In this document: positions 1 through 12,329 of the stretch, one piece after another | How the letters are laid out: each line of letters starts with the position of its first letter | Position numbering within the stretch: position 1 is the first letter of the stretch | DNA from: Dicyema japonicum | Lineage: Eukaryota; Animalia; Dicyemida | DNA length: 40,874 nt | Direction: 5' to 3' | Assembly (NCBI GenBank): GCA_011109175.1 | Contig: RDEW01000092.1 | Location: 29,777-70,650 of the forward strand | Position numbers and translations under genes: made by a program | The notes under the pieces: generated by a model | Databases searched by the model: none | Told to the model about the DNA's origin: nothing | Seen by the model: only the letters and a program-made list of their open reading frames with translations

Positions 1-44
1 TTTTTTTAATTAACTTTAATTTAAAAGTAGTAATTAATAATTAA

Positions 45-136
45 TTAACACAGCCATCCACCAAAGTGGTCCCCACCGAGATATTCGACGTGGCGTTGCC
101 TCTCACGATTGTAACAAAGATCATCTGGAAAAGCCA
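45..136 (-). mobile_element. CRE-type RLE retrotransposon, extreme 3' end
   Basis: Minus strand reads WLFQMIFVTIVRGNATS, then an AT tail. Clear nucleotide similarity to 2351-2445 in the opposite orientation. Confidence 0.75.
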
Positions 137-449
137 TTAGCTGTTTTGTTTTTTGATGCCGAGGATGGACGAAAAAAATAAGGTTGGGGTAGGACTAACT
201 ACACTAGTTCGGCTGGAGGTGCTGAAGGTGGGAGTTTTCAAACTCTTATGAGGCATAGGTACTCTGGCTACCTATGCCAATGGAAAAATCGTCAAAAGAG
301 GAGAATCCCACTTGTTGGTGGGATTCAGGAACGAGGTGGACACCTCAGCTTTTGAAGCTGAGGTTAATGATAAGGTACCTTTTGGGCCCGGGGCACATAA
401 CATGTCTCGGGTCATCCCCAAGGAAACTGACTCAGTAGTGCTAGTCTTC

Positions 450-2140
450 AGAGGTCCCCCTGGACTTCGGAGATGATGATGTACTAGATCACATCAAGAA
501 GGACAACCCCACGGCGACAAAGATCGAGCGCTTCACGAGTGGTGGCAGGAGGCACCGGACCTTGAAGGTCTGGCTTCGATCAGGAGCAGAGGCAGAGAGG
601 ATCTGCCTAGAGAAGGTACGAATTGGTTACTTTAGGCTCGGTGTGGCCCGAGAGCGATCGGTAGCAATCCAGTGGTATAGATGGCAGGGATTCGGCTACA
701 CCAGCCCCCGATGCACTACAAAGAGAAGTGACTAAATTGCGGGAGCCCACATTCACGGAAGGCCTGTCAATCCTAAGTCAGGTCTCTTAAGTACGTGAAC
801 TGTGAAGAGGAAGGAAACAGGGCGAGCCACTCGAAATGCCCCCTGCTTCATAAGGATATAGGGGAGAAGGCAGACGCTTTTCTCTGGAGTGGCCAGCGAT
901 GTAAGCGCTGTCCATCGTGTGGTAAGTCGCTATTGCAGCAGCTCCGGTTCAACGTTCCCTAATGCGCTTAGGGACATTGCGCTGTGTGATAGGAAGGTGC
1001 ATGCTTCGAAATGATGTTGAGCATCATTTCGGTAAACGTTAGGTCCCTCCGGAGAAGAAGGAAGGCCATCGAGGATCTTCTGGACTCCCTGGAGGTCGAC
1101 ATCTTGGTCCTTAACGAGACAAAGTGTAAGGATACGGCTGCTGCAGACTTTAAAGGCTATACTAGTTGTCATCTTTTGTGGAATGACATACATCGAGGTT
1201 TGGATACTAGTATCTATCGGAGGACAAGTCTAGCAGCAGTCGTCCAATGTATATCTCAGTGCCCTCATTGCGAGCTTATATTATTACGCGTTAGACTTCC
1301 TAGTTTTACTATTGTCATTGGGGCAATGTATGCCAAGCAGATTTTGGCTGCTTTACTAATAACAAAGAGGGATCGGCACTGCGGAACCTAGCGGGGGATC
1401 TTGGGCTCTCCGTTACTACATCAACGGATCCTAACCACAAGGATTCAAAAGGAGGAGAGGACTACCTGGGAATGGCAGTAGCCTCTCCATGGTTAATTGG
1501 TATGCTTTCTGTACCTCGTGTTCTTAGGGACATCGGAATCGATTACCGTCCCCTACTCACCGAGCTTCACGAACCTGTTCGATCTTAGGCCCCAATTGGC
1601 TATGACTTGGGCTCTGGCACTTGGGATAACCTGGAGGCGTTCATGGATAGAAAACTCCCTTCTCTCAAAGGGCAAGTTTGCAGTGAAGCAGACGTGGAGG
1701 AAATGGATGCCACCCTGCGTGATATCCTTGAGGAATACATGCGGACTAACTGTCGGTTACGTCCGCATGGTGAAAGCTTCGCGCAAATTCCAGGCCTGAT
1801 TTTAAGTAAAATAATAATTAGAAAGAGGTACTTGAGATTCCGCTCGAAGTGCGTGTACGAAGAAAATAGGACCTACTACAAGAATAGGGTGAACATCCTG
1901 AAGAGGGAAATCAAGAAGGGGCTTGTTGACTTCCAGAGTAATAAATGGAGGAGGGCATGCGAGAGGGTGAACCCCGCATGGCCGGACTTCTGGAGTCAAC
2001 TCAAGCGACTATCGGGCAGAGGGTAAGCGTCGTCTGCATGTACCTTGAGTCGTGCGGATGGAACTAAAACCTCGGACCCGACCGAAATTGCATAATGAGA
2101 GACACCCTCTCGGACCTTCAGATGGGATTCCGTGAGGGGC
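450..2140 (+). mobile_element. Degenerate APE-type LINE (I/Jockey/R1 group): gag zinc knuckles, APE endonuclease, start of RT
   Basis: About 665-845 gives three decayed CCHC knuckles (IQWYRWQGFGYTSPRC, NCGSPHSRKAC, VNCEEEGNRASHSKCP). ORF 1011 has the APE motifs ISVNVRSL and DILVLNETK. The end reads LSDLQMGFREG (RT QxGFR) at the n at 2141. Many stops and frameshifts; GC-richer than the flanks; 5' limit uncertain. Confidence 0.85.
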
Positions 2141-2282
2141 NTTCTCATTTAATTGTGAGTTTTTTTAGGAAAAACTTTACAAAAAATTTCTAGCTAGGTT
2201 TTAAATGAGAAAAGGAAAGTGGAATTGTCTGACCTATGGTTTAATAAATATGTTAGTTCATTCTATAAAATAAGTGTAAAAT

Positions 2283-2445
2283 TGCTTCGCTTCCTAAAGG
2301 AACTTGGACGCTTAGTAACACTGAAAAGCCACGACACACGTGGGACTCATTGGCTTCTCCAGTGATCTTTGTTGCAATCGTGAGAGGTAGCGCCACGTCG
2401 ATAATGTCGTCGGGGTCCACTTTGGATAGATGGCTGTGTTAATTA
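2283..2445 (+). mobile_element. CRE-type RLE 3' fragment
   Basis: FLKELGRLVTLKSHDTRGTHWLLQ, then after a frameshift IFVAIVRGSATSI. Confidence 0.75.
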
Positions 2446-2744
2446 TTTATTGGGTTAATAAAGTTCATTCTATTAAATTATGATTTGATGTTAATTATGT
2501 AATTTATTAATTTTTTATATTTTTAAATACAAGCTTCCAATTCTATTAAAATTAATTAATCACTTATTTCACTTGAGTAAGAAGTTTTTTTTTCCTGAAA
2601 ACTTTAATTTTATCATTACTTGACAGATTTAGTTTCTACTTTGCCATCTGTTTGTATATTCATTTGATAAATTATACAATGATTTTAGTTTTTTTTAAAT
2701 TGAAACATTTTATGATTTAGAAAGAGACTTGTAAATTTGCCGAT

Positions 2745-2920
2745 AATTTGGAAAAGTAAAATGAAGGTTAGTATTTTCACTAAACATTCAGTTCAGCGAC
2801 AGATTGCCAATATGAGAAAAAAATTTTGGAAAAGATAGATTAGCATTAGAAAGTAATAATATGAATTACCGTAAACAGCAGATGGAAACGTTGATTTCAA
2901 TTTATGATGGGGATTTCATT
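2745..2920 (+). pseudogene. Host-gene fragment, possible RWD-domain N-terminus
   Basis: MNYRKQQMETLISIYDGDF resembles the first helix of RWD domains (QxxELxALxSIYxxDF). Candidate 25-nt GT-AG intron at 2767-2791. Truncated by the adjacent CRE fragment. Confidence 0.3.
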
Positions 2921-2921
2921 A

Positions 2922-3400
2922 CAACTTGGATTAAAAGTCTGTGTTCCACATCCGTGCCGATGCGGAGAACGGATCGACTGTTTTACCTACAACCTCTCTC
3001 ATCAGGAAAATTGCAGTCAAATTTCCCAGACTCATGTTCTTGAACGAAGTCGTTAAGCAAGCTTTGACGCCGCCCGAAATTCCACTATGGTCGAACCAGT
3101 CGGTCTTGTGATTAGAAACTATCAGATGGAATGATAATCTTTTCTTTTGAAGCCGGGAAACCTCTTCTCTGGGACATCACCTGCACCGACACGTTTGCCC
3201 CTTGCAACCTACTAGAGCCTGTTATGCATCTGAGAAGACTGATAGGTTGAAACGGGAAAAGTACGCGGTCCTACCCAAGGATTTTTTATTTGTTTACTCG
3301 CAGTTGAGACGCCTGTTTCCTTGCGTTTGCGAAACTGAAATTCTTGAGTCGTCTAAGGAATCGGATTTTTATATGAGCACGAGATCCCCATGAGTCCTGC
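2922..3400 (+). mobile_element. CRE-type retrotransposon fragment: zinc knuckle plus RLE
   Basis: With frameshifts: LGLKVCVPHPCRCGERID...FLNEVVKQAL...EPVGL...DGMIIFSFEAGKPLLWDITCTDTFAP...KREKYAVLPKDFLF...LSRL. Confidence 0.88.
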
Positions 3401-4142
3401 GGGTTATTCTGTAATTTTTAATATTAAAGATAATTCCTTAGAATTCTGTTTTTGAGTCTTAATTGGCCTTTGTGTTGAGCTAAACAGTTAAATTCAAAGA
3501 TAAGAATTCTGAAATTAATAATATTTTGTTTTTATATCAACCAGGTTTTGTAAATTAATATTTTAGATTATAAACTTTTTGATTTGGAAATTTTTGTTTC
3601 TCAATTTCTTTTAGAATTTTGAACTTATTTGTTTCTATTCTAAATCTTTGTCAACGTCCCGTGTGATTTAGTCAATATCAGTGCCGAATATGACGTGAAA
3701 GTGAATTTAGATAATAAGTGACCATATTGGTTATTTTAGAATTGCTGTGAATTTATAAACTAAGAGAAACTTTTTGCAATCGAACTTTTCTCAGATTTGC
3801 GCCGGACCAGGATAAATTATTTTTTTGATTTTTTCTAAAATGTACGGAGATTTTGATTTTTATTAGTTTTCTATCTACTTTGATATTTTTGATGACTTTT
3901 TAGACGCGTTATATAAATGTGATAGGGATAAGTTATGTTGTTTTGTTAATTTGGTCAAATATCCTACGGAGTTTCATTAACCACCTTTAAAAGGTTTAGA
4001 CATACTGTCACCTATGATGACTTTTTTTTATTTTTTCAATCTTGTTTTTCGTTTAATTTTTGAACACCACGTACCTACATGAACTAAGAATGGTGCTAAG
4101 TGATTTAATGATTAGACGTAGGAGTTAAATTTAATTACTTAG

Positions 4143-4630
4143 CTGTAACTGGAGAGAGTGATAAAAACCAGGATATGACTAATTATGAAATATATTGAAC
4201 GGAAAAGCAGAAAAATTATTATTATAAACATGCATAAAATCATATTAAGTATAATTCCATATCTGTATCTTTTGATAGGTAATTTTCTAAGTTTGATTTT
4301 TTAAGAAAAAATGGAAAAATTAGCATCTCTAAGAAGACCGGTCCTTCAAAGTCAGAGGTAATATTTCAATATATTTTAGTTCCCTGCTGATTTAAGAGTA
4401 ACTTTAACACCAATCAAGTTAAAGAATTTTGTCCTTCGTAAAAAGAAAGATAAATCAGTTTGTTCCATTTTTTATTATAGGTTGTGGATATTCACACTGA
4501 ATTCATGAGTGAAAGAAGTCGAATGTCATTAAAGATAATTCAATATATGAAATTGAAAATAATGTAATATTTCTATATATTTCAGGTCCTGGCTGAAAGT
4601 TTATCAGGCACCCTTTATTCTTTCATCAAA
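4143..4630 (+). pseudogene. Unidentified host-gene fragment with micro-introns
   Basis: GT-AG introns at 4279-4305 (27 nt), 4358-4379 (22), 4458-4480 (23) and 4564-4585 (22). Removing them joins an open frame KNGKISISKKTGPSKSE-FPADLRVTLTPIKLKNFVLRKKKDKS-VVDIHTEF. The upstream exon has in-frame stops. Confidence 0.5.
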
Positions 4631-4912
4631 ACAACAAAATCGAGGACGTTCAAAAGAAGACTTTCAGAATGACGGAGCGGTGGTCTTGTGGGAGACACAT
4701 AACCGGACCGATTACTCTGGAGGCCCTCATTAAACAAAACTCCGGCATGCGGGAAGATGGCCCTGCAAATACATTCAGCCGCCCAATACGAGTTTGTGTG
4801 GGTACGAGGGAGAAGCACCGGAATAGAATGAGGATTTTGGCGGAACGCATCGGGATCACGTGATAGTTAATTTTGGTTTTACCGTGGTCTTGGGTGTTAA
4901 ATAAATAAATCA
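4630..4912 (+). mobile_element. LINE 3' end (post-RT C-terminus and TAAA tail)
   Basis: KIEDVQKKTFR...TGPITLEALIK resembles the LExxQxxALR...TPxxAL segment of I/Jockey-group ORF2. Ends in (TAAA)n. An inverted homologue lies at 7128-7400. Confidence 0.6.
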
Positions 4913-5284
4913 ATCAAAACAAGAAGCGGTAGAAATAAGAAAATTAAAACATAAGCAAGGATGAACCGTTTTTTTAGGTTTTATTATAGGAGGCGGAAAT
5001 AACTCCAAAAGGACTTAAATCGGAGTCCTTCGTCATAAATAAATCTTAGATCCTGTGGATGATATTTCTGAAATAATAAGGACTTCCGACGGAAATGAGA
5101 TATTCTATATATTTCATTCAGACAAACGTGATGATAGACTTTCAAAAAAAACAAAAAATTCAATAATTGAAGCTTGCAATTGTAAATCTGACAATTTATT
5201 TTTTTTGCTTTGGAAACACTTGGAGAAAATTCAATAATGTGCCATGTGGTTCACAATGGAATAAATTAATAATACGAAACACTT

Positions 5285-5478
5285 GAAAAAATTTAATAAT
5301 GCGTTATGTGGTTCACATATAGTCTACAAAAAATATAGCCAGGAGAATATAAATAGGGACAAATCAAATAGTGAAAAATAAGAAAAAATTTAATAATGCG
5401 TTATGTGGTTCACATATAGTCTACAAAAAATATAGCCAGGAGAATATAATTAGGGACAAATCAAATAGTGAAAAATAA
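5285..5478. repeat. Near-perfect tandem duplication, 97-nt unit x2
   Basis: 5285-5381 is repeated at 5382-5478; a degenerate partial unit lies near 5222-5260. Confidence 0.9.
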
Positions 5479-5695
5479 TCCATATTTATTGGTTACCAAA
5501 ATATAAAATATATTAGACATTTTGGTAACATCCTTCTACACTATTTGATGAATCCAATACGATTATCTTGAAGAGAATGTATGACTTTACAACAGAATAT
5601 ACAAGGAATATATACACCAACAACCAACAAAAAGAGAGTGGCAACTGCTTGCCAATCAATATACTATTGTATTTAAAGGTTCGCCATATTGTAAA
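5435..5695 (+). repeat. Dispersed repeat, probable L1/Tx1-like LINE 3' region
   Basis: Aligns by eye, inverted, to 37220-37630 and 40570-40830 (shared aatagggaca..tcaaatagtg and ggttcgccatattg). Confidence 0.6.
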
Positions 5696-6659
5696 ACATT
5701 TTTTTAAATAAATAAGTATTAATAATAATATAAATTAGTCAAAATTTAACATAAATAAATTTAAATAAATAAATCTAACTATAATTTTTGTTAATTGAGT
5801 GTTGCAATGGCGGTTGAGCATTTGAAGGATGGCAACCTCACATTTGTTATTAAGACTGAGCTAATAAGTTTATGAATTGATTCTGTACCTTTGATCTGAT
5901 TCAATATATTATTGAAGTTAACTATATTTAGATATTATTAAATGTTACCAAAGAAAATGGAAACTAACAATCAATACAAACTAAAATAAATCAATTTTGG
6001 AGACCAACAATAAACTTGGGTCTCATTAAGTGACACTACGATACAAGGTGTTGACTGCAATAGCTCCATAATGACTGAAATTAACCATTTTGGATTGAGT
6101 GTTATCTTTTCTTTATTACCTAACTTAGAAAAAATTATTATTCTAAGAATTAAGGGTGACACTAAAATCGACTCGAAATAATTTCACACTGACACCTTTT
6201 CTCAGTCGAAACTTGCTGGTTCCTAGTTGGAAGCTAGGGAGGTTGCTGGAGTTTGAAAATTTCAATATAAAAAATAAGACAGCCCTTCTTTCAGATTCCA
6301 TTACAGTCCATTGCCGTATAGTTACGAGTGGAGCATTTCTGCCTAAGAAGGTCTCCTTTCTAAAATCGCTTGAGTCAACGATATCGAAAATTAGAATGAA
6401 CGTTGGTTTTGGCGAACATTCATTAAATCATAATATTTTAAATTATTAATTTGATATGTGAAATCGATTAATAATACTTTTAATTTTTTTTGGGTTGACA
6501 AAGTCATCATTATTTTTTCCCACAATCAGAAGCTGACGGACAGTAATGTTTGATTTCGCATGCCATAATGGTTACGTTTGTAGGTAAGGTCAGTTAGGGC
6601 CGTTGTATTAACTTTTTATTTTATTTTGTATTAATAATAAAGATAATTAAGATCACTGA

Positions 6660-6765
6660 CTCTTTGAACAGAATCAGATATCTCATCGCGGAGAGGAAAA
6701 ATGATAGAAGAGAAAGGAGATGGCTAATTGAGGCAGTTCCTTGCAAATCGTCTGGGGAATTTAAT
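6660..6765 (+). mobile_element. Degenerate CRE RLE 3' end
   Basis: LIAERKNDRRERRWLIEAV / LQIVWG corresponds to DxRExxWLxERISLAIVRGN. Confidence 0.5.
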
Positions 6766-6859
6766 TTTTATTTGTTAAAACACCATATTAGATAATAATT
6801 TACATTGTAGGGTAAGAAATTTTTATTTTTATTCAATTTCATTTAAAATAGATTGTATA

Positions 6860-7060
6860 TGGATTGGGAGTTCCCTTCGCGCTCTCGATCCTAATTTTTT
6901 CGAAGAGACATCATGCTGTTCTAGTCTATCATTTTCGTGATCCAACAAGTCTGATCATCTCAACAAATTCCATGATATCGACTAGATCGCTTCACACATC
7001 TCCGACTGGAGTCACAGTCATCTTAATTCTTAAAGTGTACAGCTGAATAATCAAAATACC
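6860..7060 (-). mobile_element. Highly degenerate CRE RLE 3' end
   Basis: Minus strand LFEKIRI.../EGNSQS, preceded by a decayed ETxG-like segment. Confidence 0.35.
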
Positions 7061-7127
7061 AGAGCTAGAATGATAGTCCAACCAACATTATGTTCAAATG
7101 ATGATAGACATAGAACATTTTATTTTT

Positions 7128-7400
7128 TATTTATTTAACCCAAGACAACGCTAAAACAAAACTAATTATCACGTGATCCCGATGCAGTCTAACAGAGACC
7201 TCATCTTTGCCCGGTGTTTTTCCTTCGTGCCGCGCCTGAACGTACAGGCTGCCTGAATTTTCAGTGCCAACTTCCCGTGATCTGGAGTCAAGTTTCATAA
7301 GGGCCTCCAGAGGCGTAGGTCCGGGTCGATGATCTTCACAAATCCAGCGCTTCGTTACTCGTTAAGCTAAGCCCTCTTTTGCATTTCCTCAATTTATGAA
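7128..7400 (-). mobile_element. LINE 3' end, same family as 4630-4912
   Basis: Shares ctctggaggccct and gcatcgggatcacgtgata..gtcttggg..taaataaata. Translation includes GPTPLEALMK. Confidence 0.65.
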
Positions 7401-8559
7401 ATCCTGACTGAGTAAACTTGCAAAAAATATTTTTTATAAATAATAATCAAAATTATAAATATTTAAAATTATATTTACATTACTTTGTTGACTGACGTTA
7501 CAAACCTGTAATGCACTTTATTATCAAATTGATGATCAATGTCTCAAATTCATATTATCGAGTCCTTTCTTGCAAGGAAAGCCTTTCAGGTGTCATCGAA
7601 TGACTGTGTCTTCCCTATGTGAATTTATCATGATCAGATTTTCTGTTCAGTGTAGTGGATCCTGGTTGGAATCCAATACTTAAAATCCCTAAACACTTGT
7701 ACAAAAAAGAGTACAAGCTTTCTCTCATTGAGTTGTGGCACTATGCTCATAGTAAACCTAACCCAAACACACCAGCTTTGGATGTAGGAAACCCAACTAG
7801 GATGGATGTTTCTGAACGCTCTTTCAAATGATGTTCGATTTTAAGTCTTTACATCTAATGAATCCAACCATAGCGGTGGTGACGAACTTGGACTTTTGAC
7901 ATCCCTAGGACGTCGGTAACTCAGATCGACATTGCAAGCGACCACATATCATATAGAATAAATTTCAAGCTAGAGACTTGAAGACTATTAACGTTTTTTT
8001 CGGATTTGATATTAACAAGTAGATTGGTATCACTATCGTTTTTTTACGTTTGACTTGACAGTTCTAGAACTTAAAAAATCATCCACATCGACAACTTGAT
8101 TAGAGGAATCATTATTCTTGTAAGGTCCTATATTCGCAACTCAAAAAAATAAGGAACAGACTCCAAGACAAAATGAGGCACTGCGTGGATTACATGGATT
8201 GTAGAAGCTTTTCTATTCCAAGAATCTTACGAAAATAAAAAATGATAAACCGGACAGTAAGAATTTAACCTTATAAAAATTTACTGATAAATTATTTAAA
8301 AAAGGAAACAAATCACTTAGATATAAAGCCACGAATAATTTTTTGTTGTATCCTATGAATTTTTCGAAATAATTTTGCACATTTGGAAACACTAGGTTGT
8401 GATAAGATGTTACTTTGCTAAAATTGACTTAATTATCGCTTCTTGAAAGAAACTGACAACGGTATGAAGGTTTCCATTACGTGAAAAAATAATTCTCCGG
8501 TAAAAGGAATATTTTTTTAGTAAATAAATTAATTTTTGAATAAAGTAATTACAGTCGAC

Positions 8560-8650
8560 CGCGTTATAAAATGGCGAAAATAGACTGTGAGTATAAATGA
8601 GTTTGACCCAGAGAGGAATGGTATAGGATCTCCACATTCTGAACATGTGT
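8560..8650 (-). mobile_element. LINE RT scrap homologous to 14390-14480
   Basis: Shared accgcgttata...atgagtttgacccagagaggaat..ggtataggat. Confidence 0.55.
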
Positions 8651-8699
8651 TTTTTCTAATTTCTTAGACAATTTGCGAAGATCGACTTAATTTGATTCT

Positions 8700-8880
8700 A
8701 ACGGACAGCGATTCTTTTCTTGATCGCTAGGGAGACAAACTGAATGAACCATCGCGTTTCGAGTCATCGTGGATTCCTAGCTAGGTAATTCGTCCTAGTT
8801 TTTTGTGGAAGATCAGAGACATACTTCAGATTGCTCCGGTTGTCTTGACAGCTTTCGTGCATAATGTATGTAGGTCGAGG
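8700..8880 (-). mobile_element. Degenerate CRE RLE 3' fragment
   Basis: AVKTTGAI...KKLGRI...ETRWFIQFVSLAIKK. Confidence 0.55.
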
Positions 8881-8983
8881 AGTCCTCTATACTTCTTTAC
8901 TTTAGATCTATTTAGAAAACCTCAAAATCATCAAACCATGATTCTGAAAATCCATTTTACCGTGGATTCCTATAGCTAGTGGA

Positions 8984-9327
8984 CTGCATTAAATTAATTA
9001 TAAATGGCTTATCATTCAAGCAAATAGTATCACCTCTTTGGAATACTATAGTCTCACCTATAAGGTCAATCAGGACAAGTCATTATGATTAGAAGCTACA
9101 CAAAATATTTATGATTAATATTTTAAAATAACAATATTAATATTTTAAATTTNCTGCATTAAATTAATTATAAATGGCTTATCATTCAAACAAATAGTAC
9201 CACCTCTTTGGAATACTATAGTCCCTCCTATAAGGTTAATCAGGACAAGTCATTATGATTAGAAGCTACACAAAATATTTATGATTATATTCATATTTTA
9301 AAATAACAATATTAATATTCTAAATTT
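8984..9327. repeat. Direct duplication of about 170 nt split by the n at 9153
   Basis: 8984-9152 versus 9154-9327; a few substitutions and a small indel. Confidence 0.9.
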
Positions 9328-9342
9328 TAATATTTATGTCAC

Positions 9343-9665
9343 GTGGGCAAGCATTCTAGAAGGTCTCAGAGTGGAGACATATTTGTAAACCATGATGCCA
9401 AGATTGCCATAAGGAATGGTGGCATAGAAGGGATAGAAGTATCTCCAAAAAACAGTTCTAGTCAATTCTTAAATCTTTTATCAGTAGTGAAAATGGTGAA
9501 CATGGATTTAGATGCTGCCACATTTAGCATATTTGCAGGTAGTGTCCTAGTCATTGGTAATAGGTAGGTCATGTAGAAATAGGTTGAAAAGGAGAGGAGA
9601 TAAAGGGGAGCCTTGCGGGACCCCATTGGGGGTAGAGATAATTGACTATGCATTTCCTTCGCCAA
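9343..9665 (-). mobile_element. LINE reverse-transcriptase fragment
   Basis: An unannotated minus frame reads NGVPQGSPLSPLLFNLFLHDLP, the canonical non-LTR RT motif. The YADD region is absent. Confidence 0.8.
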
Positions 9666-10494
9666 TAGTGTTATGTATTTGTCTTAAATTGTTATTTTAA
9701 CTTAAGACAAGATTCCAAATTTGCATCAGTTATTTGACTCGGCCATTGCACGACATCTTAGTTCTATTCGCAATTGTTTTTGCGAATAACGGTGTATTTT
9801 TAATTTGAATTAAATTATCTGTTTTATCCGTAAAATTTTGGAATAGTTGTAAGAATTTTAGAAAACATGATTTGATGTCACCATTTGTGAATGTTTTTCC
9901 CATTTTTGCATTCTCATGACTGACAATGAAGCTTCCAATATTAGTAGTCTTGGCAGACTGCTTCCAATAATTGACTGCTGAACCTACAATCTTCCACAGC
10001 TTGTTTTAGTGCATCGCCAATTAGATATTTTCTTGAAAAATAACCATGCTTTGAATTAAATTGTCTCTCCAGATTTTAATTTTTGTTCTGGTTGAAGGAA
10101 ACATTATTTATAGACATAATTAGAGAGCCACAAACATAATTTATGATTAGCGAGTAAGATTTTTAAAATTAAAATATGAAAAAAATATGTAATAATTTAA
10201 ATAAAAATAACAATTTAATATAAAATAATATCTAAATATTATATATAGTTTAAAATTAACATAAAAACATTTTGGAGAAGAATACTATTTTGAAAATGTT
10301 TCTATTATAGATGTAAGTATTCATTTGCGATAATTGAAATAACCACACATAAAAACTCTAAGAGCCACGGTTGCCGACCCTTGCTCTAGGAAATGCATGA
10401 TACGTTAAAGGAAGCGACAAGTAGTCCAATGGAACGCAATCAGCTGACTTTTTCAGAGAAAAGATGAAACATGTGTAAATAAAACGTCAAAATC

Positions 10495-10665
10495 TTCGCG
10501 GTTAAAACGTCTGATTCCTTTACGCATGAGACGCTAAAATTCCTGACTCGCCTAGGAAATCGGATTTCTACACGAACAAAAGATCCCCGTGAGCGCTGCT
10601 GGCTATTTGAACGAATCTCGCTCGCCATCGTAGAGGGAATAGCTAAGCAGTTAAGGCGACCTCTG
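10495..10665 (+). mobile_element. CRE RLE 3' end
   Basis: AVKTSDS...LKFLTRLGNRISTRTKDPRERCWLFERISLAIV. Confidence 0.85.
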
Positions 10666-10814
10666 TATCACTATTTTTTGTTTTATTTTGATTTAACAAT
10701 AAAATATCTATGTAATTCGCTCAATAATTCTTCAAAATTACTAGAATTACTAGCAGCTCAACTAGGTTCGCTGACAGCCTACTAGTTTCACGGACATGAA
10801 CCTCTTGAGAACCA

Positions 10815-11150
10815 AGTGGGATCCGCTCACCAGGGAACTCGCCCTCTCAGCTTTCCTGCCTCAGTCAACGCTTCTACGGATCTTATGCGTCAGGTCCTAC
10901 TCCGCATAAATGGATCTCAAGAAGAACCAGTAGCATGCATGGGTCGGGAAATTGAGACCCAAAACTTTTAGTGAGATAAAACCAGAACATCAACGGAATC
11001 TCCACGTATGCCTTGCGTCTGCATCGACAATGAAAGCAGTGCTTAGCCTAGATTTTCCCCTCCCTTGGGCGCTTTTGGACGATAACTCCAAGAGAATAGG
11101 GGGTCTGGGTCCGCCTCAAATAGAATACAGCCCTGTGGTCAAGGAAAAGT
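10815..11150 (+). mobile_element. CRE internal fragment (post-RT linker)
   Basis: GIRS / RELALSAF / ASVNASTDLMRQVL and ALLDDNSKRI match the GGLGIR..LALxAFLAS and LLDDxSxRI segments of CRE ORFs. Confidence 0.65.
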
Positions 11151-11224
11151 AATGTAAACCTAAGCTTAGGCAGAACGCACAATTTATTCAAGAAGTAAGA
11201 CAAGTCATGATAATTTATCCAAGG

Positions 11225-11345
11225 CATTGAGAATGTTCTTGACTTCTTGTTTTTTTGTTGTATGTGAGTCCTATAAGACAATCCGGTTCCACATTAATGA
11301 AACACTGATGGCACTGTCACTCATCACCCAGAAGCATCATGAATG
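11225..11345 (-). mobile_element. Diverged copy of the SINE-like repeat at 31997-32175
   Basis: Reverse complement gatgagtgacagtgccatcagtg..ggaaccggattgtc..A-rich..gaagtcaaga aligns with the 32070-32160 core. Confidence 0.55.
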
Positions 11346-12014
11346 ATTGAAAACCGAGGTAACCACATATTTTAATTAATTATATAATATTTTGTTTGAT
11401 TTAATTTAATTTAAATTTGTTTATTCAATATCGTGTTTTCGCTGTGTGATTTTTTTCTCGCTGTGATTTTTTGTTGCTTGCTAATGATGGCTTTGGGATC
11501 TGTTACTCACATACACCCGTGCCAGTTAGCAAACATTAAAGGCGAGGAATCGCTGCTTTATATATTCCATCATCTTTTTTGCTACTAAAAAGATAAACCA
11601 TGTAAAATACATTCAACTATTTAAAAACCGTGCTATCTTTGTTTAGTATTATACTTTTGGATAAACGCATATTTTTTAGAGTATGGTTATTCAATTAAGC
11701 GTCCTTGGTTTGTGTTCTAAATTAAAATATAATCGACAATTTTTTTATATAACAGCCTTTTCACAAGAGCCATAATATATATAGCTCTACATATGAGAGT
11801 TAACTTCCATATCGTGCTCAATGTTTGCGGTTCACGCTATTCATTTTATAGCGCGCCTTTTTTTATGTGTTCGACGATCTCCTTGGGACGCATCCATGGG
11901 AATGTATTTTAGGTTTTCTGCAAGTATGAATTTGTCAAAGTATTTAATTGCGGATTTTTTTTACTCAAAAACAATTTATTACGTTACATGACAATCAAAA
12001 AAATCCAGCTGATA

Positions 12015-12085
12015 GGATGGAATGGATGTTTTCCTGACAAGAGCCAGAGAAACCCTTTGGAAAAGCCATTCGGTTTCCCGGCGTT
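12015..12085 (-). mobile_element. CRE RLE extreme 3' end
   Basis: ERRETEWLFQRVSLALVR; same subfamily as 13085-13150. Confidence 0.75.
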
Positions 12086-12329
12086 CATTACTTACTTTCA
12101 TTAATATTTAATTAAGCGATCATAGAAAAGAGGTCATTTTAAGTCCGAAGATTCCTCTCGTCTCGACGATATTGGTTTTTACATGGAATCTGGTAGATAA
12201 TTTTATGTCACAATAAAACATCTACATTCTGATAAATTCACTCATCATGATCATCAATCCAGAGACATATCTGAATCTGCTAGTTAACTTTGAAATTATG
12301 TCCACGACGTCGACACCCTGTATCAGGTT

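Larger units (their letters stand above)
10393..11455. repeat. 1.06-kb block duplicated at 21293-22355
   Basis: Constant offset of 10900 nt. The second copy is bounded by the n at 21292 and the N gap. Confidence 0.95.

Noticed and set aside
40-2445. About 100-nt inverted repeats bracketing the LINE, resembling DNA-transposon TIRs
   Set aside because: Both arms translate as CRE 3' ends (IVRGNA/IVRGSA), the family recurs at 35590 and 38672, and an n lies between the arms.
3760-3850. Cyclophilin-like IELFSD...CT
   Set aside because: Too short and degenerate to call.
6156-6449. MATH-domain-like C-terminus (SW...LLSDSITVHCRI)
   Set aside because: The resemblance is limited to a few residues and cannot be supported without an HMM search.
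4630-7400. Inverted pair as termini of one element
   Set aside because: Two diverged copies of a LINE 3' end, each with its own TAAA tail pointing inward.
7560-8250. Further ancient CRE RT remnants (minus strand here; plus strand at 13600-14150)
   Set aside because: Only faint motif traces; plausible but not supportable by eye.
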